DNA of 64,000 nucleotides from Candidatus Latescibacterota bacterium (lineage in GTDB: Bacteria > Latescibacterota > UBA2968 > UBA8231): NCBI GenBank assembly GCA_965223905.1, contig CBDCXV010000010.1:192001-256000 (forward strand), given 5' to 3'. Shown here piece by piece: positions 30,325-41,085 of this stretch. Positions within the stretch are counted from its first letter, which is position 1. Each line of letters begins with the position of its first letter. Under the pieces are notes generated by a model. It did no database searches. It was not told the DNA's origin and was given only the letters and a program-made list of their open reading frames with translations. Position numbers and translations under genes: made by a program.

Positions 30325-32235
30325 ATGATACCTGAGGTCACCCTGACAGGAGGCCGCATTCGCGTCGGCCTCGACGACGAGTTGCGGATGGCGGTCCATC
30401 GGGCCGACGGGCTACCCCTGTGGGAAAGCTCGCGCTTGCGTCCCCCCAGCCTGATAGCCGCGGGCCGCCGCGGCCGCGTCGAGTCCCCCCTCGCCGCGGC
30501 CTCGAACGTCGCTTCCGAATCCTGGGAGGAAGGGCGCTTCCGAGGGCAGCGGCTGCGCCTGGAGGGATACGATGGAGCCGACGTCGTCGTCGGCCTCTTC
30601 CTCGGCATCGACGGGGATGCCGGAGAGCTCCTGGTACAGGTGGAGCAGCTAGGCGGGGACGACACCATCAGCGCCGTTCGCGACCTGTACCGGATCGAGA
30701 AGCCGGTGGGACACGGCGGGTGGATGCTCCTCCCCCACGGCTCCGGGTACCTGATACCGGCCGACTGCAGGGACGAACTGCCGGGCACGGCTCCCCCCGG
30801 CGGCTTCGTGGGAGCCCGCTGGACCCTGCCGCTGTTCGGGCTCGCCGCCGGCGACCGGTCGCTCTGCGCCCTCGTCGATACCTGGTGGGACTGCGACGCC
30901 GCCGCCGAACACATCCCGGGTGAATTCTCGGCGATCAGCTTCAACTGGGAGGCCAGCCTCGGCCGGCTCGCCTACCCGCGGCGGCTGCTCCTGCGGTTCG
31001 CCGGAAAGACCGATTTCACCGGCATGGCGAAATGGTACCGCGGCCACGCCTCGGCGAGCGGTCTGGCGCGCCCCCTGCGGGAAAAGGCGGAGCAGACTCC
31101 GGCGATCCGCGACTACGCCGGCAACGTCCTCTACCGCTGGCCGGCCTGGAACCCCGACGACGGAGTGGCCGTTCTCGAGGACGTGCGCCGCCTTCGCGAC
31201 GACGGAATCGGGATCAACTTCTTCTTCCCCAAGTGGTCGCCGGCCGGGTACTCCCCCGAAGAGGGGAGGCCGACCTCCTGCAGCGCCGGCTGGCAGGCCT
31301 ACCTGCACCCGGACCCGGTTCCCGGCGGCTGGAACACCCTGGTGCGGCTCGAGCGCCGGCTTCACGACCTCGGCTGCCTGGTTCAGGGGTTCGTGAACCC
31401 GGGAATGCAGGTGCCGGAAGGGGCCGCGTACGACCCTGACCGGTACCCCCTCGACGGCGAGGGCAGACGCGGCCGGCTACTCGGCTGCCGGGACGCCGTC
31501 GAGCGCATGGGGATGATCTTCGACTCGCTGGAGCACCACGGTCTCGACCTGGATGCGATGTACTTCGACGGCTTCGCCGCTCACGCCGGCCTGCCCGAGG
31601 ATTTCTCGCCGCCGCACCGGATGACGCGGCGCGGCAACATCGAGGCGGAAACCGCCTGTTTCGCCGAGACCCGGCGCCGCGGCCTCATGCCCGGGGCCGA
31701 GGTCGCCCGTTTCTGGGCCATCGGGGAGTGCGATTTCTTCTTCTTCACCGACTGGGCCGGCGACCGGCTGGCGAACGAGCCCAGCCAGGGCTGCTCCGCC
31801 CCGGCCGGCCGGCCGGTGCCCCTTTTCCAGCTCGTCTTCCACGACTGCTTCATGGCCGGCTTCTCCGGGGGCGGGTACACCGCCTACGCCAAGGGGTACG
31901 ACTGGTGGAAAGACCGCACCCCGCGTCTCTACGAGCTGATGTACGCCTCCGCCCCGTCGTACAACTGGCTCCCCTACCCCGTCGTGCCGATGGCCAACTG
32001 GGGGAGCGAGCAGCAGCGCGCCAAGCAGCGGTGGCTCGTCCGCTGGAGCGCCTTTCATCGCGCCGTCGCCTTTTCCGAGATGGTGTCCCACCGATTCCTC
32101 GACGGGGAAGGTTCCAGGCAGCGCACCGAGTTCGCCAACGGAGTCGCCGCGGAATTCGACCTCGCGGAGAACCGCTTCCGCATCGAGGGTGCCGGCGGCT
32201 TCGACGGAGCCTGGGAGGTGCCCCCGGAGCTGTGA
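30325..32235 (+). CDS. Putative glycoside hydrolase (DUF5696 / GH129-GH101-like)
   Basis: MYFDG, PVPLFQLVFHDC, EMVSHRFL...QRTEFANG C-terminus. Confidence 0.6.
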   Translation: MIPEVTLTGGRIRVGLDDELRMAVHRADGLPLWESSRLRPPSLIAAGRRGRVESPLAAASNVASESWEEGRFRGQRLRLEGYDGADVVVGLFLGIDGDAGELLVQVEQLGGDDTISAVRDLYRIEKPVGHGGWMLLPHGSGYLIPADCRDELPGTAPPGGFVGARWTLPLFGLAAGDRSLCALVDTWWDCDAAAEHIPGEFSAISFNWEASLGRLAYPRRLLLRFAGKTDFTGMAKWYRGHASASGLARPLREKAEQTPAIRDYAGNVLYRWPAWNPDDGVAVLEDVRRLRDDGIGINFFFPKWSPAGYSPEEGRPTSCSAGWQAYLHPDPVPGGWNTLVRLERRLHDLGCLVQGFVNPGMQVPEGAAYDPDRYPLDGEGRRGRLLGCRDAVERMGMIFDSLEHHGLDLDAMYFDGFAAHAGLPEDFSPPHRMTRRGNIEAETACFAETRRRGLMPGAEVARFWAIGECDFFFFTDWAGDRLANEPSQGCSAPAGRPVPLFQLVFHDCFMAGFSGGGYTAYAKGYDWWKDRTPRLYELMYASAPSYNWLPYPVVPMANWGSEQQRAKQRWLVRWSAFHRAVAFSEMVSHRFLDGEGSRQRTEFANGVAAEFDLAENRFRIEGAGGFDGAWEVPPEL

Positions 32236-32633
32236 GGCCGGGGCCGCCTGGTCCCACATGCCCGGCCTCTCTACTACCGGTTGGAGAGCTGCGGTTTCGG
32301 GTTGCGGCGGCCGCAGCCCGGGCTGACCGCACCTTTCTCGATCACGGGAGCACCGCCGGCCGAGGCTTCGAAACGGTGCTCCAGGCCCGAGACCGGCTTT
32401 CGCGGCATTGACCGGCTTCAGTTCCTACATTTGGCGCCGATTCGACTGCGTACTCCCAAAAAGGCAGTGCAAGATGGAGTACCGCCGATTCGCCCCGGTC
32501 GGCGACACGAAACGGCCGGAGGATATCCGCGCTCCGCTCCGACGGCAGTCTCGGTGTCTGCCTCGGGGTGCGCGTCTGGCACGGCCGGGATCAACGAGCC
32601 GTACCGACCCATAGCGAACAGGAGGTATTCCGT

Positions 32634-33884
32634 TTGGAAAAGGTTGAACTGGCGGTGATCGGTTGCGGCGGCATGGGCGGCCGCCACCTGAGCGGGTTGA
32701 ACGAGTTGTTGAGCACCCCATTCGCCAACATCGAGCTGGTGGGGTTGTGCGACATCAACCGGGACAACGCCGTAGTGGCCGCGGCGCAGGTCGAACAGAT
32801 GATGGGGTTCAGGCCCCCCGTCTTCACCTCCGTCGAAGAAATGAAGGCGGCCGTTCCCGGCCTTCGGGCCGTCGACGTCGTCGTCGATCCCTGCTTTCAC
32901 GAAGAGGTGGTGTGCCAGTCCCTCGACCTCGGCCTCCACGTCATGGTGGAAAAACCGATGGCGATCACCGTCAAAGGGTGCCTGGCGATGATGGAGGCCG
33001 CCGAACGCAACGGCCGCCTGCTGTCGGTCGCCGAGAACTTCCGCCGCGACCCTTCGGCGAGGCTGGTCAACCACCTGCTGCGGGAGGGCAGGATCGGCAC
33101 CCCGTACATGGCCACCTTCCACCACCTGAGCGGCGGCGACAGGGTTTTCATCACTCCGTGGCGCCACCTGAAGGACCGGGGCGGCATGGTCCTCGACGTC
33201 GGCGTTCACTTCACCGACCTGATCCGCTACCAGCTCGGCGACATCGAGGAGGTGTACGGAGACGTGCGCCTCGTCGAGCCGGTGAGAAAGAAGCCGGAGG
33301 GGACCGGAATCCAGAACGAGTTCTACCGCAAGCGCCTCGAGGCGATGGCGGCCCAGTACCCGGCCACTGCCGAGGACGTGTCCATCGCCAGCATGCGCCT
33401 CGAAAGCGGGGCCTTCGTAAGCTGGATGGTCGGCATCGGCGGGCACGGGGACTGCGGCGGCGAGATGATCTTCGGCGATGAGGGCGCCCTGCGCGGCTTC
33501 GGAACCCGGGGGGGAAGTACCTGCCTGGTCAGGACCGGTGAGGAGGAAGTCCCATACGAAGAGCTCATGGCCTCTGCCGAGGGGCTGGAGCTCGAGCCCC
33601 TGGCCGCCCACTTCTTCCCCGACAAGGTGACCGGGGAAAACATCGACTTCAGGCTGCTGGCCCTGGAGTATTTGGAACTCGGCGAAGCGATCCTGAACGG
33701 GCGCCAGCTCGAGGTCGACGGCGTCGAGGGGATGAAGGACGTCGCCGCGGTCTACGCGATCTTCGAGTCTTCGGTGGCGGGCCGTCCGGTGAAGATGAGC
33801 GAGGTGGAGAGCGGTGAGCTCAGCACCTACCAGGACGAGATCGACGCCGCCCTGAAGACGACTTTCCGAAATCGTCGGCCATGA
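32634..33884 (+). CDS. Gfo/Idh/MocA oxidoreductase
   Basis: aggagg RBS + TTG; IGCGGMG, VEKPMA, DVGVH. Confidence 0.9.
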   Translation: MEKVELAVIGCGGMGGRHLSGLNELLSTPFANIELVGLCDINRDNAVVAAAQVEQMMGFRPPVFTSVEEMKAAVPGLRAVDVVVDPCFHEEVVCQSLDLGLHVMVEKPMAITVKGCLAMMEAAERNGRLLSVAENFRRDPSARLVNHLLREGRIGTPYMATFHHLSGGDRVFITPWRHLKDRGGMVLDVGVHFTDLIRYQLGDIEEVYGDVRLVEPVRKKPEGTGIQNEFYRKRLEAMAAQYPATAEDVSIASMRLESGAFVSWMVGIGGHGDCGGEMIFGDEGALRGFGTRGGSTCLVRTGEEEVPYEELMASAEGLELEPLAAHFFPDKVTGENIDFRLLALEYLELGEAILNGRQLEVDGVEGMKDVAAVYAIFESSVAGRPVKMSEVESGELSTYQDEIDAALKTTFRNRRP

Positions 33885-34074
33885 CGTTCAACTCTACCCA
33901 ATCCCCCCATCGCTCCCCCCCGCGGCCGCGGAAAGTAAGGAAACCCATCCGCTCCCGGCTCCGGCTGCGATGGCGGAAACTCAGGCGGAAGATGCCTTCA
34001 TCTGCGGCGTCACCCGCCCCAGGTCATCCAAAATCGCCGGTAGTTTTCGAAACCCGGAACCACCCTGGAGATTC

Positions 34075-35055
34075 ATGAAACGAGTCGCCAAACCAGCAGG
34101 CCGGTTCAACGTCGTCATCGAAGAGGCTCCGATCCCGCAGCCGCGAGCGGACGAAGTACGCGTCCGGGCGATCCGCAGCCTCATCAGCCGCGGCTCGGAA
34201 ATCGGGGCCCGCTACACCCGGGAGCACGCCATAGATCCCGAGCGCATGGGGTACTCCCTCGCCGGGGTCGTCGACGAGGTCGGGCCGGATGTCCAGCACC
34301 TGCGCGAGGGGGACCGCGTCGTCGCCGTCGCACCCCACGCCCAGTACGTGGTCAGGCCCGCGGGCCCGAGGGGACCCGGTGAGCAGGCCAGGGTCGTGCC
34401 GATGCCGGACGATCTCGGATTCGAAGCTGCGACCTACTTCCCTCTTTCCGGGGGGGCCGTGGCCTGGACGGAGATCGAACGGATTCAGCCGTTCGACACG
34501 GTAGTCATTCTCGGACAGGGCCTGGTCGGCAGCCTGATGCTGCAGGTGGGCAAGGCCAACGGAAAGGGGCGCTTCATCGCCGTCGACGCGCTTCCCGAAC
34601 GGTGTGCCCTCGCCGCGGGGCTCGGAGCCGACCACGTGATCGACGCGGCGGCCGAAGACCCGGTGCGAGCGGTGCAGCGGCTCACCAACGGCGCCGGGGC
34701 CGACATCGTCGTCTACGCCGTCGGCGGCCCCGCGGGACCGAAGGCCTTCGACCAGGGCCTCGACATGCTCGCCGTCGGCGGCCTGCTGCACCTCATCGGC
34801 CTGTACGAGGACCAGCCCCTGCCGCTCTCCTCCGGGAAGATCCAGAGGCGGCGCCTCCTCGGCGGCTACTACCGCCAGATCGTGGACCCCGGCTGCGCCC
34901 GCAGGGCGATGGAGCTGCTGGCATCCGGCGCCATTGGGGCGGACCGCATGACCAGCCACCGCTTCCCGTACCGGAATGCGGCCGACGCCTTCGACCTGCT
35001 CTACAACAGACCGGGGGAAGCGATGGGGGTCCTGCTCGACTGGGAGGCGGAGTGA
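34075..35055 (+). CDS. MDR (zinc-binding dehydrogenase family) oxidoreductase
   Basis: [21 protein letters not shown]. Confidence 0.85.
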   Translation: MKRVAKPAGRFNVVIEEAPIPQPRADEVRVRAIRSLISRGSEIGARYTREHAIDPERMGYSLAGVVDEVGPDVQHLREGDRVVAVAPHAQYVVRPAGPRGPGEQARVVPMPDDLGFEAATYFPLSGGAVAWTEIERIQPFDTVVILGQGLVGSLMLQVGKANGKGRFIAVDALPERCALAAGLGADHVIDAAAEDPVRAVQRLTNGAGADIVVYAVGGPAGPKAFDQGLDMLAVGGLLHLIGLYEDQPLPLSSGKIQRRRLLGGYYRQIVDPGCARRAMELLASGAIGADRMTSHRFPYRNAADAFDLLYNRPGEAMGVLLDWEAE

Positions 35056-35074
35056 AGTCACTCCGGAGCAGCGA

Positions 35075-35518
35075 ATGAGCGCGCTTGCCGACTGGGTTTC
35101 CCAGTATTGCTCCTCGGAACAGTTCGCGCTGTTCGAATCCGAATCGAAACGCGCAGCCGAGCTGTTGCTGTCCGTCTGGTGCGACGAAGCCGGCGATGAC
35201 CCTTCCGTCGAGGGATTCGAGGCCGGCCTGAAGAGGGTAGCCAGGCTCGACCTGCCTCTTGCGAGCCGCAAGGCCTTCCCGGAACTGCTCGGCGCCTTTC
35301 TCGAATACGTCACCTCCACCGGGAATTCGCCGCAGGAAGGACGCTGGCTGAGCTATCTGTCCCAGGTCGAGCGGCGCTACGCCGAGAGCTTTCGCGATGA
35401 CGGCTCCGTTCGCGGGGAGACGTACCGCAAACCGTATGAAAGCGTCGGCCGCAACGATCCCTGCCCATGCGGGAGCGGGATGAAGTTCAAGAAGTGCTGC
35501 ATCGGTTTGTTGTCCTGA
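35075..35518 (+). CDS. SEC-C motif protein
   Basis: C-terminal [18 protein letters not shown]. Confidence 0.85.
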   Translation: MSALADWVSQYCSSEQFALFESESKRAAELLLSVWCDEAGDDPSVEGFEAGLKRVARLDLPLASRKAFPELLGAFLEYVTSTGNSPQEGRWLSYLSQVERRYAESFRDDGSVRGETYRKPYESVGRNDPCPCGSGMKFKKCCIGLLS

Positions 35519-35639
35519 GCCTCCTCTCGAATAGATCACCTGCTGCAAACTGCTTTATGTTTCCTGTCTCGCGTTTTTTCCGGCGGTGCGGCTTTTCGGT
35601 ACGCACCTGTCACATTCCAACCGACCTCAGGGAAGAGAG

Positions 35640-36632
35640 ATGAGCGAAAACGAACAGCACCAGCCTGTAGCCGAGTGGATTTCGTACCGGGAAGAGATCC
35701 GCGTTCTGGACTGCACGATCCGGGACGGGGGCCTGATGAACGACAGCCAGTTCGAGGACGAGGTCGTCCGCGGCGTGTACACCGCCTGCGTCGAGGCCGG
35801 GGTCGACTACATGGAGATCGGCTACATCAACTCCCGCGAACAGTTCCCGCCCGGCGAGTTCGGACCCTGGCGCCACAGCCGCGAAGAGGACATCCGCCGC
35901 ATCGTCGGCGACAACGACACCGGCCTCAAGCTGTGCGCCATGGCCGACGCGGAGAAGAGCGACTACAAGGAGGATATCCTGCCGAGCGACCAGAGCGTCC
36001 TCGACATGATCCGCATCGCCACCTACATCCACCAGATTCCGCTGGCGCTGGACATGATCCGGGACGCCTGCGACAAGGGGTACGAGACCACCCTCAACCT
36101 GATGGCGGCGTCGACGGTCCAGGAAAACGAGATGGACGAGGCCCTTGCCCTGCTGATGGAATCCCCGGTCGGCAGCATCTACGTCGTCGACAGCTTCGGC
36201 TCGATGTACGGGGAGCAGATCGAATTCCTGATGGACAAGTTCCTCGGCTTAACCAGGGGCTCGAGCAAGGAGATCGGCATCCACTGCCACAACAACCAGC
36301 AGCTCGCCTTCGCCAACACCGTGCAGGCGATCGTCAAGGGGGCCAACATGCTCGACGCCAGCGTCGCCGGGCTCGGGCGCGGCGCCGGCAACTGCCAGAT
36401 GGAGCTGCTGATCGGCTTTCTCCACAACCCGAAGTACCGCCTCCGCCCCATCCTCAAGTGCATCCAGGAACACATCGAGCCGTTGCGCTCCAAGCTGCTG
36501 TGGGGATACGACTACCCCTACATGCTGACCGGAATGCTCAACGAGCACCCGCGTTCCGGCATGGCCTTCAACCAGTCGGAGGACAGGGGGGACATCATCA
36601 AGTTCTACGACCAGATCACCGCCGAGGAGTGA
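35640..36632 (+). CDS. HMGL-like aldolase catalytic domain protein
   Basis: LDCTIRDGG, VDSFG, GIHCHNN, GLGRGAGN. Confidence 0.85.
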   Translation: MSENEQHQPVAEWISYREEIRVLDCTIRDGGLMNDSQFEDEVVRGVYTACVEAGVDYMEIGYINSREQFPPGEFGPWRHSREEDIRRIVGDNDTGLKLCAMADAEKSDYKEDILPSDQSVLDMIRIATYIHQIPLALDMIRDACDKGYETTLNLMAASTVQENEMDEALALLMESPVGSIYVVDSFGSMYGEQIEFLMDKFLGLTRGSSKEIGIHCHNNQQLAFANTVQAIVKGANMLDASVAGLGRGAGNCQMELLIGFLHNPKYRLRPILKCIQEHIEPLRSKLLWGYDYPYMLTGMLNEHPRSGMAFNQSEDRGDIIKFYDQITAEE

Positions 36633-36744
36633 GCCCGCCCGCGGGCGCCATCCCCGGGGCGATTTCGAGCTTCGCTGTCACCCGGCCCCCTTCAGCGCAG
36701 GCCGCAACCATACACCTTCGACTTGGCCGCACGGAGCACCGGTT

Positions 36745-37407
36745 ATGAGCAGCCGCAACAACTACATAGACGCAGCGCTCTACGACTACATCCTCGCCAA
36801 CTCGCTGCGCGACACCCCGCTGCTTGCCCGGCTGCGCGAGGAGACCGCGGCGAGGCCGGGCGGCATGATGCAGATCTCACCCGACCAGGGGCAGTTCATG
36901 GCCCTGCTGGTCAAGCTGACGGGGGCTACCCGGATCCTGGAGATCGGGTCCTTCACCGGGTACAGCGCCCTCGTCATGGCACAGGCCCTGCCCGAAACCG
37001 GCAGGCTGACCGCCTGCGATGTAAGCGAGGAATACACGTCGACGGCGCGCCGCTACTGGCAGGAAGCGGGGGTGGCCGGCAAGATCGACCTGCGACTGGG
37101 GCCGGCGGCCGATACCCTGTCCGCCCTGCTCGGCGACGGCGCCGCCGGCAGCTACGACCTCGCCTTCATCGATGCCGACAAGGTCAACTACGGTTCGTAC
37201 TACGAGAGCTGCCTCGAGTTGCTGCGCCCGGGGGGACTGATCCTGATCGACAACGTGCTCTGGAACGGCCGCCCGGCGCGCCCGGAGGAAGTGGACGAGG
37301 ATACGGTGGCCATCCGCGAGCTCAACGCCGCCCTCCACCGCGACGAGCGCGTCGACCTGTCGCTGCTGTCGATCGGGGACGGCCTGACGCTGGCGCGCAA
37401 ACGCTAG
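36745..37407 (+). CDS. O-methyltransferase (caffeoyl-CoA OMT-like)
   Basis: LEIGSFTGYS, FIDADK, DNVLW. Confidence 0.9.
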   Translation: MSSRNNYIDAALYDYILANSLRDTPLLARLREETAARPGGMMQISPDQGQFMALLVKLTGATRILEIGSFTGYSALVMAQALPETGRLTACDVSEEYTSTARRYWQEAGVAGKIDLRLGPAADTLSALLGDGAAGSYDLAFIDADKVNYGSYYESCLELLRPGGLILIDNVLWNGRPARPEEVDEDTVAIRELNAALHRDERVDLSLLSIGDGLTLARKR

Positions 37408-37560
37408 AACCTGATTGCCTTCGCGCGCAGTTTTCGGGTGACTTCCGCCCGTCTCGGTGCGTCGCCTTCGCTCCCAGTACTCACTCCGTACGACGCTGCG
37501 CCTCGCGGGCCCGGGGCTTCGGTGCCCGCGTTCGTACGCTTGCGTACCCGGGCAGGGCAC

Positions 37561-38334
37561 CTAGCCGCGGAACGAGGGGTCCTTGTCTTCGACCAGGCGC
37601 ACCAGCGCGTCGAACTCCAGCTGGCCGGTGTCGGCGGCGCAGCGCGCGAACTCCCGCATCTGGCGCGCCGAGCGCTCGACTGCTTCCTGCGGAGGGTACT
37701 GCAGCCGGCCGCAGGCCATGGCGTCGAGCTGAACCCGGCAGGCGCTTTCGAGGCGGTACAGGTAGAGGAAGGCCTCGGCGATCGTGCGGCCGACCGACAG
37801 CAGGCCGTGGTTGCGCAGGATGAGGGCGTCGGCGCTGCCGAGGTCGCCGGCCAGCTTCTCCCGCTCCTCGAGCAGGAGCATGGAGCCCTCGAAGTCGTGG
37901 TAGGCGAGGTTCCCGTGAAAGCTCATCCCGTTCATGCTGACCGGAAGCAGCCCGCACTCCAGCGCGGCGACCGCCATGCCGGCGCGCGTGTGGGTGTGCA
38001 TGACGCAATGCGCGTCTTCCCGGTGCTCGTGGATGGCGCTGTGGATGACGAAGCCGGCCGGATTGAAGGAGTACTCGGAAGGCTCGACGAGGTTGCCGTC
38101 GAGATCGATCTTCACCAGGCCGGAGGCGGTGATCTCGTCGTAGCGCAGGCCGTACGGGTTGATGAGGAAGTGGTGCTCCGGTCCCGGCACCCTCATCGAG
38201 ATGTGGCCGTAGATCAGCTCGCACCAGCCGAGGTGGTCGAAAATCCGGTAGGCCGCGGCGAGCTGGACGCGCAGGTCCCGCTCGGCGGCGTAGGCTTCGT
38301 TGGTCTCGAATGTCGCCGGCAGCGTCGTGGTCAT
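37561..38334 (-). CDS. Class II aldolase/adducin family protein
   Basis: GHIS.R, IHSAIH, MHTH, LRNHG. Confidence 0.9.
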   Translation of the reverse strand: MTTTLPATFETNEAYAAERDLRVQLAAAYRIFDHLGWCELIYGHISMRVPGPEHHFLINPYGLRYDEITASGLVKIDLDGNLVEPSEYSFNPAGFVIHSAIHEHREDAHCVMHTHTRAGMAVAALECGLLPVSMNGMSFHGNLAYHDFEGSMLLLEEREKLAGDLGSADALILRNHGLLSVGRTIAEAFLYLYRLESACRVQLDAMACGRLQYPPQEAVERSARQMREFARCAADTGQLEFDALVRLVEDKDPSFRG

Positions 38335-38456
38335 GGTCGTCTCACTTGTTCCGAAGTCCGCGGCCGGACGCCCCTCCCGGGCGCGGCCGATTGGCGTTTT
38401 CCTGAGTATATCCCTTCTGCCACGATCCCGCCAAGCTCCCCGAGGGAGGTTTTTCA

Positions 38457-39587
38457 ATGGTAACCGACAACCGCAGCGCCGGCCCCTGGAAGCCGGTAGA
38501 GCGCGAGGGCTACGATCCGCTTCCGATCACCGCCCTCAAGGTCCACATGCTCGACGATCCGCATTCCGGCACCCGCGACGGCCTGCTCCGGATCCTCACC
38601 GAGGACGGCATCGAGGGCTGGTGCAACGAGATCGACGCGGAGACCGCGCGCGTGATCACCACCCGCTTCCGCGAGCACCTGGTCGGCCGCGACGCCCTCG
38701 GGCGCGAGCGGCTCTGGCACGACCTGCTGATGTTCGAGCGCCTCACCTGGCCGCCGAAGAAGCTGCGCGGCGCCATCGACACCGCCCTCTGGGACATCGC
38801 CGGCAAGCGGCACGGCCTGCCGGTCTGGCGCCTGCTCGGGGCCTGCCGCGACAAGGTGCCGGCGTACCGGACCCAGTCCGGCACCCTGGGCCCGGAGGGA
38901 CTGAGGATGGACCACTTCCTCGATTTCGCCCTGCAGGTCAAGGAAGAGGGGTACCTCGGAAGCAAGGACCACTGCTACGCCGGTCCCAGGTTCATGATCG
39001 ACCTCGCGGGGGAACTGCGGGATGCCGCGGGGCCGGATTTCCACCTGATGCACGACGCCGTCGGCTACTACGACGTCAAGGAAGCGATCCGGGTCGGCAG
39101 GGCCCTGGAGGAGCACGAATTCACCTGGTTCGAGGAACCGCTGCGCGACCATGACTTCACCGGGTACAAGCAGGTGCGCGACGCCCTGGAGATCCCCGTC
39201 GTCGCCGGCGAGTACTTCCCCCACCAGCTGCACAGCTACGCGCAGATGGTGGCCATGGGGGCGGTCGACACCCTCAAGCCGGCGATCGACATGGGGGGAA
39301 TCACCGAGATGCTCAAGCTCGCCCAGCTCACCTTCGCCTTCGGAGCCACCCTGCACGTGTCGGCGCACGGCCACATGTGGGGGTTCTCGTCGATCAACGT
39401 CAACGGCGCCATCGAGAACGGGTCCCTGCTCGAGGTGCACCCTCCGTTCGAGAGCCACACCAACCCGGCGATCAGGAACCCCCTGCGCATGTCCGGCGGC
39501 TACGTCGAGATGCCGGAAGCTCCCGGTCTCGGGGTCGACCTCGACTGGGACGCGATCGAGGACATGACCGTCGAGGTGATCGAGTAG
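38457..39587 (+). CDS. Mandelate racemase/muconate lactonizing (enolase superfamily) enzyme
   Basis: DTALWDIAGK..GLPV..LLG, MHD, WFEEP, AGE, PGLG. Confidence 0.9.
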   Translation: MVTDNRSAGPWKPVEREGYDPLPITALKVHMLDDPHSGTRDGLLRILTEDGIEGWCNEIDAETARVITTRFREHLVGRDALGRERLWHDLLMFERLTWPPKKLRGAIDTALWDIAGKRHGLPVWRLLGACRDKVPAYRTQSGTLGPEGLRMDHFLDFALQVKEEGYLGSKDHCYAGPRFMIDLAGELRDAAGPDFHLMHDAVGYYDVKEAIRVGRALEEHEFTWFEEPLRDHDFTGYKQVRDALEIPVVAGEYFPHQLHSYAQMVAMGAVDTLKPAIDMGGITEMLKLAQLTFAFGATLHVSAHGHMWGFSSINVNGAIENGSLLEVHPPFESHTNPAIRNPLRMSGGYVEMPEAPGLGVDLDWDAIEDMTVEVIE

Positions 39588-39657
39588 GTTGCCGGCGGAT
39601 CACCTCGGGGAGCCCCATGAAACCCAGCTGCGGAAAAACACCCGAACGAGGAGAGCC

Positions 39658-40611
39658 ATGAATACCCTGCCGCTGTGCGATCCCCACTTCCACATGTGGG
39701 ACCTCGACGACCGCCCCAACCCGAACCTCGGTCCCGAAGCCGAAGAGCTGATGCGGGCTTACCGGGCAGCGGATTACGACGCCGATGCCGCTAGCCTTCC
39801 CCCGCGGCTGAACCTGGTTTCGCGGGTCCACGTCGAAACCGTGGTCGGGCAGATGGAGGGGGGCCCCGTGGTGGACACGGTCTCCGAGACCGGGTGGGTC
39901 TGCGCCCAGCTCGAGGCGACGCAGGCGGAGCGGCCTTCCTACGTGGTCGCCTACCTCAATCTCGCCGGCGATCCCGCCGCGGCCGAGCGCACCCTCGAGC
40001 GGCATATCGAGGCCTCCTCCTCGCGGCTGCGCGGAGTGCGCATGATCCTCAACCACCACCCCGACAACCCGGACCTCACCTGGCCGCAGGTCGCCGGCGG
40101 CGAGCTGATGCACATTCCCCAGTTCCGCGAGGGCCTCGAGTTGCTCGCCGGCCGCGGCCTCTCGTTCGACCTCTCCTGCAATCCCCACCAGATCCCCGGG
40201 GCCGTCAGGGTTTTCGCCGACTTCCCCGGGCTGCGGGTCGTCGCCAACCACCTCGGGTTCCTCCACGACGGCGAGGACGCCGCTCACGAGGAGCTGTGGC
40301 GCGACGGCATCGAGGGCCTGGCGTCGCTGCCGAATGTCTGCATCAAGCTGTCGATGCTGTGGTTCGCCCGCGCCGGGTTTCACAGCGACCCGGGAAAGCA
40401 GGCCAAGGTGCGGGATCTCGTCCGCGAGGTGATCGACGTCTTCGGCCCGGAGCGCTGCATGTTCGCCAGCAACTACCCGGTCGACAAGATTCGCGGGATC
40501 TCGTTCTCGAATCTGTACGGGCTTTTCCTGGACTGGACGCAGGACCTGGAGGAAGACGAGCTCAGGGCCCTGTTCCACGACACCGCGGCGCGCGCCTACA
40601 ACCTCGATTGA
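39658..40611 (+). CDS. Amidohydrolase_2 (sugar-lactonase-like); its 3' end is the island attachment site
   Basis: DPHFHMW, NHLG, IKLS, FASNYPVD. Confidence 0.85.
   Translation: MNTLPLCDPHFHMWDLDDRPNPNLGPEAEELMRAYRAADYDADAASLPPRLNLVSRVHVETVVGQMEGGPVVDTVSETGWVCAQLEATQAERPSYVVAYLNLAGDPAAAERTLERHIEASSSRLRGVRMILNHHPDNPDLTWPQVAGGELMHIPQFREGLELLAGRGLSFDLSCNPHQIPGAVRVFADFPGLRVVANHLGFLHDGEDAAHEELWRDGIEGLASLPNVCIKLSMLWFARAGFHSDPGKQAKVRDLVREVIDVFGPERCMFASNYPVDKIRGISFSNLYGLFLDWTQDLEEDELRALFHDTAARAYNLD
40563..40611 (+). repeat. Left direct repeat (att-like, 49 bp)
   Basis: cagggccctgttccacgacaccgcggcgcgcgcctacaacctcgattga, identical to 45540-45588. Confidence 0.95.
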
Positions 40612-41085
40612 GCAGGGACACCTAAGACCAAGGGCACCCCATTGCATTCAATTCAATTAGGTAAAGGTCGAGGCGACTTCAAGTGCTAAAGGCACGCACG
40701 GACCAGAATAGATCCCTGAAGATCGTTTGCGGGACCTTTGGCGGGCTCTCAGTACCGTTGGGTTTGCGGCGGGAACGAATCCTTGCCCGTCCCTGGATCA
40801 ACCCGGGACACGAAGGGGCTTTCGGCGCATCGACACGGGCCCCGCCGGTGACAGTCGGCAAGGCAGATCAGATGACCTACTATAACTGAGGCCCCGCCCG
40901 GATTGAGGCTCAGAGCAGGCAGGATCCTCAGGCGACCCCTACATGCCGCCCATTTGTTGACCTCTTCGGAAACACGCACCGGCCTCGACTCATGAAGGTG
41001 TAGATAGGTTTTTTACCCCGTACAGTTAACGCGGTCGCAAGTTTCGCTAGCACCTCGACTGTACCGCCATCATTATTTCCCAGTT

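Noticed and set aside
40612-40930. Non-coding stretch with a few GC stems as a second ncRNA
   Set aside because: The stems are weak and I see no promoter or terminator evidence by eye. Worth including in covariance tests only.
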